From positions 1-64,000 of the IMG/VR virus record IMGVR_UViG_3300037086_000458: a stretch of DNA of 64,000 nucleotides. One strand, 5' to 3'. Position 1 is the first letter of the stretch; every line of letters begins with the position of its first letter. The stretch is from a virus. Shown here one piece after another: positions 56,091-64,000 of this stretch. The translations under genes and the position numbers were made by a program. A model generated the notes under the pieces. The model made no database searches, was not told the origin of the DNA, and saw only the letters and a program-made list of their open reading frames with translations.

Positions 56091-59000
56091 ATGGCAATTA
56101 TACCTTTCCATGGACAATGGTACTCTGATGTAATCATTTATGATGAACGTAAAAAATATTTTTACATGTGGGCCCGTAAGAATAAGCCTCTCTTAGATGA
56201 TGAAATCAGAAACATGAATCTGGCTATTGTGGATCAGATTAGAAGATCCATGCAGAAAACTTTTGGTGAAGTCGGATCTCCTACAGAACCATACTCCAAT
56301 AGTTCTGCTGTAGGTGTTAATAGCGCTTTTAAGATATTGTCGGCTTCACCAGCTAATGGGGGGTCTGGGGACATAGCAGATAATTTTTTGATTACTGGTG
56401 GTGGAAATATAGAGAACCCAGCAGTATTGTTTGCAAAAGGTTTTTATGTTTTCCTCTCAGGAAATATAGAATATAATCAACAAAATGATATTGGGAAAGG
56501 TTTAACTGATGATGGGTTTACTGAGACTCCGATCCCAGATTTAATTTATTCCCCTCCAGGTATCAATAGAGTCGATATAGTCTATATCGATCTTCATTTT
56601 TCTGAAGTTTCTGCGGTACAAGGCCTCAATCAAAGTGAATACCAGGATTTAAATCTCAAGAATCCTATCGTAGGTACTGAAACAGCAAATAGAGCAAGAG
56701 CTGTTTTTGATGTACGTGTATGGGAAAATTGGAGATTTACTAATCTTAACGGTACCCCAAGAAGTCCAAGCCAGATATCTAATTTAAGAATAAGTGAAGA
56801 TATTTTTAATAGTAGTGATTTTCTTGGTTCAATAGATACGGAGATGATGTCTGATCCAAACCCTATAAATAAACATTATAGGATACCAATAGCTATACTC
56901 TATCGCAGAGGTGGCGTACATGAAATATATGATACGGATATTGTTAATTTATTAGACCTTTATAATAAAAGGATACTTAGTCTTCAGGAGCTAACTTATA
57001 GAGTAAATCATGGTGGGTATACTCAGGCTGATGTTGATGAACTTAACCTCATGAATACCTATGCTGGGTTTACTGGTTTAATGACTCCAAGATTCCCTTA
57101 TGCAATAGTTGATGAAAGTGCCGGTGCTACCGGAGCAAACCAGGGTTTAGATACAGAGGCTTTTAATTCTAATTCTGTTACTCCTCGAGTCCTTGATAAT
57201 GAAGGTAAGTTCCAAGTACAGGCTTTATATGTCGGGGATCAGGATCAAAGTAATTTACCCGCAACAGGACCTAACGACTTAAATGATGGGGAGCTTTTAG
57301 CAGAAGATATCTCTGCACAGTCTATTTATGTTGGTTATGATGTAGGAGTACCTGGAGCCCGGGAATATACTGACAGAATAAATGTAAATATGCAAGGGAT
57401 GACCGGGGGATCAGGTGTAGAAATTATTAATGAAACGGGCGAAACAGGAACTGCGTGCGTCAACATTCTTACCAATGATAATTCTATTACCGTAGACTAT
57501 AAAGGTAGGTTAGGTTTAAATACAGATATTCCTGGAGTGACCGGCCCTGATAGTGTCTGGGATACGGAAAGATTTACAGGAACTTTTGATGCAGTAAATA
57601 TAGTCGAAGACATAAATGATTCTGAAATAATCAGGGAACATCTGTTTGTAGAAAAAGACACCTATATAAAACGGGATACTTATGGCCCTACATGGAAAAT
57701 CCCTGGAGTGATAGATAGAGATAATCCTGCTTTATTTGGGTTTACAGGCATGCCACGGGAAGGTGTCACAGGATCCCCTGCAAGTCTTCAGGTGGTCCCC
57801 GGGATAGCCGTAAGAGGCGTTACTGGAAGCCTGAGAGGGTACACAGGTACTTACGGGTTCTATGATATCTATGATGCTGATGGCGAGCGTGTAGCCACTA
57901 TAGGAAGCAAAGGGGACAATTTTGATAGACAAGTCCTATCATTGTATGGAACTTCTGAAAGAAGCCTTTATATATCTTCTGTAGATTTTTTGCACTTGCC
58001 TGATAATTATGTTGGTACGGAATTAACCAGCGGGGACCATGTAACATATACAATTACTCTTTTAAGTGGGAATATTACCAAACGGGTAACTCTGACCAAT
58101 GGTGGATATAGCGGATTATTTGAAGTAGCTGATAATATTAATAGTAATAGTCCGACAGGGGCTGGTTTTAACAGGACTTTTAGTTATCAGTATGCTGTTA
58201 CACAGGAATTTGGGGACACTGGTCCAATAACTTACATAACAAAAACCGGTGAAGCTTTTGGAGCTGCTTTAAATTATGAAGATCCAGCTGATGGTTTGTT
58301 TTTAAGACTCCTTGTAAAATCCATGCCTGAGATAAATCTCCCTGTAGATCAGGTTGTGTTGAGTATAAATAGAAGCGGATATTCCCCCGATCTCTCTGTA
58401 GATTTTATCAGATCAGGTGCTTACGGGTCTTCCACATACGGAGGGGATGTATTAGATCTTCGTTTCTTAAAATTTGATTTAGGTGAAGCAGCTGATGCTT
58501 TTATGTTTAATGGGGATGTTTATTTTAATGGTGGAGGATTGCTCAATAAAGTTACTTTCAGTCCTATAGCCATATTCAGAGATGACGTTTATATTTATGG
58601 AAAATTGTCAGCAGATCGATTATTGATACAGCTTGCTCAATTTACTAATCTTACAGTTGATAGAGATGCTCAAATATCAGAATACTTGAGTGTTTTAGAT
58701 GGTGTTGCTGTAGGATTTGGACCCTATGCTATTAATGGGTTAAATCAACTTTCATTGATGTTGGGTTCAGAGTATGGAACCAGGTATGACCTTAAGATGC
58801 TTATCAATGGCGGGATACAAGCTAATAATATTAATCTTAGGCAGAGCGGTAGTTCTGATTATATAGATTTTGGAGTTAATTGGGAATTGACCCGGTCCAG
58901 GCTTACAGCAGAAGCTCTCGTTTATGTTTTAATGAATGGATCTGTTGATCCTAATTATCCTTTTGGTCTTCATATAATTGATAGACGTGGTTCCCCTGAT

Positions 59001-60263
59001 CCATATGGGTTGTTTGTTTTTGATGGTAGCGATGGATCGGGTAATCCTTTTAATGTACAAATGTGGATAAAGGGAGGATTACAAGTAGGTGATCCTACTG
59101 ATCCTAATAGTACTGGAGCTATTTTAGCAAAAAGACTTACTTTAGGTTTGGCTGCGTCTGCTGTAGATGAGCAGTATATATTATCTCTTAAAACCGGGCC
59201 AGCTTTTATAGATAGTCTCACTGTAAATAGCTTACAATTTAATGCTAATAATCCTTCAAGTGGCGCGATATTTACTAATCCTCAGAATATCATAGTTGTT
59301 AAACCTACTACGGGTGATGTTACTTTTAATAAGAATGACGGGATTACTCGCAGGAAAGAGTTCTCATTTGATACATTTACAGACCCTCCTGCTATAATGA
59401 ATAATACTTTAAGTGGGGGTGGTTCTTCAGATTATGATACTTTAAGTAGCGAAGGAACAGCTGTCTGGGCTAATGACACTTTGAGTTTTACTAAGCAGTT
59501 AATTGAAGACATGACTGCAACAGCAGGTAGAAATGATGATACTATTATAACAACCGATTTTAATGTTCAATCTTTTTCTTTTTACAAAAAATGGGAATAT
59601 TATAGAAATAATTTCAGTAGAATTATCATAGCTAATTTAGGAGTTTTAAAGATAACCTGGGTAGGTTATGATAATGTTCCAGCAGGATCAGGTCCTTCTA
59701 CAGATCAAGATATTGCTATATCTGATTTAATTAATGCCGGAGGTATTAAAGGATATCAATTTAGCTCGTCTCTGTTTAAATCTGATCCAAGTGGAAACAA
59801 TGTATTTGATTGGCAGAGTCCTACTAATAATTTTGTAACTACTTTAAGGGCATCTTTTAATAATAATAATTATGTTAATTCCATTCTTTATAATCTTACT
59901 AAAATGATGGAAATATTTATACCAATATCTTCTTGGAGTGTGAGAGAAATTAAACAAGTTACACCGGGAATAGGGACTTACTATGAAAGAGTGTTCTATT
60001 ATCCATATGCAAATAGTATACTAAATTTTAATGTCCTAAATTTTGATCAGCAATATCCTGCCACACCTGACAAGGTGTGGCAAGCAGCACTATATCCTCG
60101 AATAATTCAGCAGAAGATGTATAGCGTGGATACACAGAATCAGAATGTTAGTAGCGCATATAAGATTTATGAGGCATTGTGGAATGTTGATGTTGTAGTA
60201 TATCCTGTAAATAGCGGGACGTGTAATAACTTGGTAGGGGATCTGTTGATTTCTTATATGTAA
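56091..60263 (+). CDS. Large virion structural protein (tail/baseplate-like)
   Basis: 1390 aa, G/S/T/N-rich; N-terminal KPLLDDE and RVDIVYID patterns seen in tail proteins. Confidence 0.6.
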   Translation: MAIIPFHGQWYSDVIIYDERKKYFYMWARKNKPLLDDEIRNMNLAIVDQIRRSMQKTFGEVGSPTEPYSNSSAVGVNSAFKILSASPANGGSGDIADNFLITGGGNIENPAVLFAKGFYVFLSGNIEYNQQNDIGKGLTDDGFTETPIPDLIYSPPGINRVDIVYIDLHFSEVSAVQGLNQSEYQDLNLKNPIVGTETANRARAVFDVRVWENWRFTNLNGTPRSPSQISNLRISEDIFNSSDFLGSIDTEMMSDPNPINKHYRIPIAILYRRGGVHEIYDTDIVNLLDLYNKRILSLQELTYRVNHGGYTQADVDELNLMNTYAGFTGLMTPRFPYAIVDESAGATGANQGLDTEAFNSNSVTPRVLDNEGKFQVQALYVGDQDQSNLPATGPNDLNDGELLAEDISAQSIYVGYDVGVPGAREYTDRINVNMQGMTGGSGVEIINETGETGTACVNILTNDNSITVDYKGRLGLNTDIPGVTGPDSVWDTERFTGTFDAVNIVEDINDSEIIREHLFVEKDTYIKRDTYGPTWKIPGVIDRDNPALFGFTGMPREGVTGSPASLQVVPGIAVRGVTGSLRGYTGTYGFYDIYDADGERVATIGSKGDNFDRQVLSLYGTSERSLYISSVDFLHLPDNYVGTELTSGDHVTYTITLLSGNITKRVTLTNGGYSGLFEVADNINSNSPTGAGFNRTFSYQYAVTQEFGDTGPITYITKTGEAFGAALNYEDPADGLFLRLLVKSMPEINLPVDQVVLSINRSGYSPDLSVDFIRSGAYGSSTYGGDVLDLRFLKFDLGEAADAFMFNGDVYFNGGGLLNKVTFSPIAIFRDDVYIYGKLSADRLLIQLAQFTNLTVDRDAQISEYLSVLDGVAVGFGPYAINGLNQLSLMLGSEYGTRYDLKMLINGGIQANNINLRQSGSSDYIDFGVNWELTRSRLTAEALVYVLMNGSVDPNYPFGLHIIDRRGSPDPYGLFVFDGSDGSGNPFNVQMWIKGGLQVGDPTDPNSTGAILAKRLTLGLAASAVDEQYILSLKTGPAFIDSLTVNSLQFNANNPSSGAIFTNPQNIIVVKPTTGDVTFNKNDGITRRKEFSFDTFTDPPAIMNNTLSGGGSSDYDTLSSEGTAVWANDTLSFTKQLIEDMTATAGRNDDTIITTDFNVQSFSFYKKWEYYRNNFSRIIIANLGVLKITWVGYDNVPAGSGPSTDQDIAISDLINAGGIKGYQFSSSLFKSDPSGNNVFDWQSPTNNFVTTLRASFNNNNYVNSILYNLTKMMEIFIPISSWSVREIKQVTPGIGTYYERVFYYPYANSILNFNVLNFDQQYPATPDKVWQAALYPRIIQQKMYSVDTQNQNVSSAYKIYEALWNVDVVVYPVNSGTCNNLVGDLLISYM

Positions 60264-60266
60264 GAG

Positions 60267-60299
60267 AAAAGGGATGGTTTTTAAATTCATCCCTTTTTT
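60267..60299. terminator. Bidirectional intrinsic terminator between convergent genes
   Basis: AAAAGGGATG...CATCCCTTTTTT. Confidence 0.75.
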
Positions 60300-60304
60300 G
60301 GTAA

Positions 60305-60607
60305 TTATATACTTGATTTTATGTTCTTCTGTATAATACGACAACTTTTCAATCTCTGATATTCACGTTCAAGTTCCAGCCCCACAGCTTTAAGCTCTTT
60401 ATTGAATCTTTTTGAATCCATTTTGCTCACTATTCGTTTATATAATTTATCTAATGGTTTGTAAGAATCAAGTCCAGAAGCAAGAAATTTTTTATGGAAT
60501 TCTTCCGAATCAATTCTATCACAAATACGTTCATATAATTCATCAGCTGGAATTAGGAAGTGTCCTACTTGAATCATTGTTTTTTTAATCATTACCTTTT
60601 TTGTCAT
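60305..60607 (-). CDS. Hypothetical protein with a tandem ~30-aa repeat
   Basis: ELYERICDRIDSEEFHKKFLASGL / KLYKRIVSKMDSKRFNKELKAVGL. Confidence 0.65.
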   Translation of the reverse strand: MTKKVMIKKTMIQVGHFLIPADELYERICDRIDSEEFHKKFLASGLDSYKPLDKLYKRIVSKMDSKRFNKELKAVGLELEREYQRLKSCRIIQKNIKSSI

Positions 60608-60621
60608 GTTTTCCTCTGTTT

Positions 60622-61230
60622 TTAGCGTAATGTAATTTTGTCTGTTTTTTTGTAGTTTCCGGCTTTAAACACTTGTAAATAAGTCCCAGCGTAATTCATA
60701 ATAGGTATAGAATAATCGCCAGCATTTTGCTCTTTGTTTACGAATCTACCTATTACCTTGCCTTGCAGATCATAATAAGCTATGCTAACAAAACAAGTTT
60801 TTGTAAGGTTATAACTTAATATGTTAGAATAATTGTTAATAATAGGCATATTGCTTCTGATTATTTTTGATGGTTTTACCTCAGTTATTTTGAAATAAGA
60901 TTTAAAAGATAGACTTGTTATATTACTATTTTTTGTAGTTATTATTGTGCTTTCTGGGGTAAAACAATAGCTATTTTTATCAAAATTTATAGGCATTATT
61001 GTTATATTAGAACTGTCAGGTATATTGCTTATCAAAAAGGATGCCGTTGTTAGGTTACTCATGCGTGGTGTAAAAGGCTTCCCATTAGTGGTACCTGTAG
61101 CTTCTATGTTTATGGATCCAATTCCTGGTGTACCTGAAATAAGAACTGTTCCGCTTATTGTAAGAGAAGCAAAAGACACCACCGAGAACATCAGAATCAT
61201 CACGACTGTCAGTAAAAAACTCTTTTTCAT
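60622..61230 (-). CDS. Secreted protein with a signal peptide and a T9SS (Por) type-A C-terminal sorting domain
   Basis: AGGAG SD + MKKSFLLTVV...SFA; C-terminal YDLQGK...AG.Y...GTY......KI. Confidence 0.72.
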   Translation of the reverse strand: MKKSFLLTVVMILMFSVVSFASLTISGTVLISGTPGIGSINIEATGTTNGKPFTPRMSNLTTASFLISNIPDSSNITIMPINFDKNSYCFTPESTIITTKNSNITSLSFKSYFKITEVKPSKIIRSNMPIINNYSNILSYNLTKTCFVSIAYYDLQGKVIGRFVNKEQNAGDYSIPIMNYAGTYLQVFKAGNYKKTDKITLR

Positions 61231-61448
61231 AAAAACTCCTTGGTAAATGGTTAAATATCTTTCCCTACTGATTATATTATACTTTTTTAAAAAACTCAAG
61301 CTTTTTTCTTCACTCATATAATCTCCTTTCTGCCTCCTAATCACAATATACTATTTTAAAATGGTTTTCCCCAAGACTTTTTTTAATAACGTACTAATAT
61401 TTTTTCCCCTTCTAATAAGTCTTTTTATTTTGGGCTTTTAGGCATGCT

Positions 61449-61724
61449 ATGCCTAAATCTCTATTTTTTTTATTAGCTAAAGAGGTTCTAATGCCAGGTG
61501 AGTTAGGTAATGAGTCTGAAAGCCAGCAGCCCGGTTACTATGAACATAGATATCAGCCTCAATCTGAAGTGATGGATGATAATAGATTTGTTCAAGAAGA
61601 GGAGGATTCAAAAAAAAGACAGACTCAGCAGGAAAGACTTATCAAAAGATGGAAAAGAAAACTTTATGTACAAGATCCAGAACATTCAAATCTACCTGAT
61701 GGCGGACCTTCGCCTGGTAAGTAA
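61449..61724 (+). CDS. Hypothetical protein
   Basis: 91 aa. Confidence 0.55.
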   Translation: MPKSLFFLLAKEVLMPGELGNESESQQPGYYEHRYQPQSEVMDDNRFVQEEEDSKKRQTQQERLIKRWKRKLYVQDPEHSNLPDGGPSPGK

Positions 61725-61738
61725 GATAGGAATATAAA

Positions 61739-62059
61739 ATGCCAGATGTTAATAAGATAAAAGATGATGTAGATACATTGACAAAGAAAATTAAGACTGA
61801 CCTTGGGACTCTTGGGAGAATATATAGTGATTTCAGCTCTGAAGTTGAATCACGGTTTAAAGATGAGTTTAGAGAACAAAAAGGTAAAATGGATGGTCTC
61901 GAGGATTTTTATAGCTTAAAGCTTATTGTTAATAGGAATAGTCAGAGTATCAATAATGCCCTTGGTATAATAACCAGATTAAAAAATGTTTCTGATTTTA
62001 ATATATCTGAGTTGGTAGATAAGTCAGAAGATAAAATGATAAAAGAATTGATTAAATAA
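61739..62059 (+). CDS. Hypothetical coiled-coil protein
   Basis: 106 aa. Confidence 0.65.
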   Translation: MPDVNKIKDDVDTLTKKIKTDLGTLGRIYSDFSSEVESRFKDEFREQKGKMDGLEDFYSLKLIVNRNSQSINNALGIITRLKNVSDFNISELVDKSEDKMIKELIK

Positions 62060-62085
62060 AATTACTTAAAAAAGGATATAAAATT

Positions 62086-64000
62086 ATGGCAGAAAATGAA
62101 GTTAGTGGAATTAATGCTGGAGCGGATAACCCAGTATCTCGTACCAGAACAAGAGTTAGTAAAACAGCTTCTACTGCATCGGATACGGCAAGAAAAATGA
62201 CCAGAGCAAAAAGGGCTGTAATAGTCCAGGACGATACCCCAGCAAGGGCCCAACCTCTTACAGAGAATGAAATGAAGGCCCGGGCATTTAAAAAATATTC
62301 AACGACCACATTTGGTTTTAATAGCCGAGTAGCTTATTCAGGTATGGGTAGCGTAGACGTATCTGGAAGCTCTCAGGGTAATTTCTACTCCCCACAGCTA
62401 TCTACAGACTTCCTGGAAAAACCACAGAACCTTCGTGAAAGAAGAGCTTGGTATAGGACCTTCTATAATGGCAATGAGTTCGTAGGACAAGCTATAGATC
62501 TCCACTCTACATTACCTATATCAAAAATTAAGCTCGATAAACCTAAATCTGAAAATCAGGATTTTGCCGATTATATATATGACTTTTATGTTGATATGTG
62601 TAATGATCTAAAGTTGACAAAGGTATTATTAGAGACAAGTCATGAGTATCATTTAATGGGGAACGCATTTTTATATAATGAGGATCATGATCCCTATAGT
62701 AAAGTAGATGAAGTTGGTAAAGAAGCTTTAAAAGAAACTGGTAGAGCAAGAACAAAAGAACTGTATGAAAAGTTTAAAATAATAGATAAAGATCCTAATT
62801 ATAAAGGTTTTAGAAAAATAATTATACTCCCACCCGACCAGGTTAGAATTAAGAAAATACCTCTGTCGGATGAATCTCTTATAGAGTTTGTACCAGATCC
62901 TGAAACAAAAAAGACTATTCTTGGTATGGTTGAGGGAAATCCTCTTTCCTACGATTATAGAATATCTGATATAGATAAACAAAAAATACAAGAAGATCTT
63001 CCTGAAGTCCTTTATGAAAAATTAAAGGATGGTGGAGCAATACCCCTGGATACTGATCCTAATAGTGGGTCACATTGCTACCATCTTTCAAGAAAAAAAT
63101 CTCAATATGAGACTATGGGTGTTTCAATACTTGAAAGATGCGTAAACACCCTTCTGTATCAGGATAAACTTCGTCAGTCACAAACTTCCATAGCCTCAAG
63201 GCACATGACCCCTATTAGAGTTATATGGGCTGAGGGTATGAGCGATAATGATACTGATGTCCTTAGAGAACAAGTTGATTTGGCTCTTGTAGACCCAGAT
63301 TTCTCCCTTATATCAAATTTCGAGATACATTGGGAAGAAATGGGATCTAATGGTAGATTATTAGAGCTTTCATCTGAGTTTGAGCATATTGAAAATGCTT
63401 TATTTGCAGGATTGGGAGTTACAAGAGAGTTGTTAACTGGTGAAGGTACTTATTCTGGGAATAAGATAAATCTTGAAATTCTTAATACACAGTATCTTTT
63501 ATTCAGGGAGCAATTGATAGAATATGTTGAAAACAATATATTCAAGCCTGTAGCAGTTAAAAAAGGATTTGAAGAGACAGATAAATTTGGTCGTAAGAAG
63601 CTTCTTTATCCTCATTTAAGTTTCTCACGATTGGCCGTAAGAGATAATGATGCCTTCTTTGATCAAGCTTTTAACATGTTTAATAAAGGATCATTATCTG
63701 TAGATATCATCCATGACATAATGAATATAGATACGCATACTAATAAGAAGAAAATAGAAGCGGATCTATTCACGGTTAATGATGCGAACTTCAATCAATT
63801 CCTTCAGAATCTCTATACATCCCTTGGTACTGTTATCGCTGAAAAATATGATATCTCTGATAAGTTAGCGGCATATCTTGGTTTAAAGCAATTACCACAA
63901 CCCGTAGAAAATGCTGAGGGAGGGGAAGCAGGTGGTGGTCTTCCTGGTATGGGAAGATTCTCGAGTAGTTTAGGTAAAGATAAACAAGCAGCTTTGATGA
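62086..64000 (+). CDS. Probable portal protein, 3'-truncated by the window (missing from the ORF track)
   Basis: Frame from ATG 62086 (AAAGGA SD) to the window end: MAENEV...FYSPQLSTDFLEKP...VGQAIDLH...HL.RK...GVSIL...GLGV..ELL.GEG.YS; near terL. Confidence 0.75.
   Translation, partial: MAENEVSGINAGADNPVSRTRTRVSKTASTASDTARKMTRAKRAVIVQDDTPARAQPLTENEMKARAFKKYSTTTFGFNSRVAYSGMGSVDVSGSSQGNFYSPQLSTDFLEKPQNLRERRAWYRTFYNGNEFVGQAIDLHSTLPISKIKLDKPKSENQDFADYIYDFYVDMCNDLKLTKVLLETSHEYHLMGNAFLYNEDHDPYSKVDEVGKEALKETGRARTKELYEKFKIIDKDPNYKGFRKIIILPPDQVRIKKIPLSDESLIEFVPDPETKKTILGMVEGNPLSYDYRISDIDKQKIQEDLPEVLYEKLKDGGAIPLDTDPNSGSHCYHLSRKKSQYETMGVSILERCVNTLLYQDKLRQSQTSIASRHMTPIRVIWAEGMSDNDTDVLREQVDLALVDPDFSLISNFEIHWEEMGSNGRLLELSSEFEHIENALFAGLGVTRELLTGEGTYSGNKINLEILNTQYLLFREQLIEYVENNIFKPVAVKKGFEETDKFGRKKLLYPHLSFSRLAVRDNDAFFDQAFNMFNKGSLSVDIIHDIMNIDTHTNKKKIEADLFTVNDANFNQFLQNLYTSLGTVIAEKYDISDKLAAYLGLKQLPQPVENAEGGEAGGGLPGMGRFSSSLGKDKQAALM

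Noticed and set aside
61231-61344. N-terminal extension of ORF 60622-61344
   Set aside because: A strong SD and signal peptide begin at 61230, so the upstream starts are less likely, though not excluded.
415-62991. Numerous short antisense ORFs in the track (e.g. 415-762, 26064-26492, 46918-47361, 50770-51273, 62052-62991)
   Set aside because: They are shadows of well-supported genes on the opposite strand, with F/S/L-rich composition typical of antisense frames.
1-64000. Stop-codon reassignment
   Set aside because: Long conserved genes translate fully in code 11, coding density is high, and TAA, TGA and TAG all end genes.

Overview
AT-rich, gene-dense segment of a large (jumbo/huge-type) tailed bacteriophage genome, read in standard genetic code 11. 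Most genes from 1 to 38.8 kb are on the minus strand. They include accessory genes, two tRNA genes, pncB, an RlaP-like nucleotidyltransferase, an M15 peptidase, DnaJ, a glycosyltransferase, and a recombination block (split SbcC, SbcD, beta-clamp, RecA, RuvC, SSB, HU, RecD2). The main exception is a plus-strand class II ribonucleotide reductase carrying two inteins. After a strand switch at about 38.8-40 kb (63-bp direct repeats around a structured non-coding stretch), plus-strand genes encode a bacterial-type clamp loader (HolB/HolA/DnaX), primase, NusG, a 5'-3' exonuclease, a sigma-like protein, large terminase, a large virion-like protein and a probable portal gene that runs off the end. The most notable unexplained features are: (i) a promoter, leader peptide, attenuator and boxA cassette driving tRNAs, whose first tRNA-Glu has a 28-nt insertion that base-pairs over its own anticodon; (ii) IS200/IS605 omegaRNA elements (two complete and protein-less, one truncated by the window edge) with intact transposon ends, one with a near-consensus promoter set to give an 18-20-nt guide; (iii) three enzyme homologues that have lost their catalytic residues; (iv) a candidate ncRNA/origin at the strand switch. 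All protein calls come from motif recognition by eye; no database searches were run.
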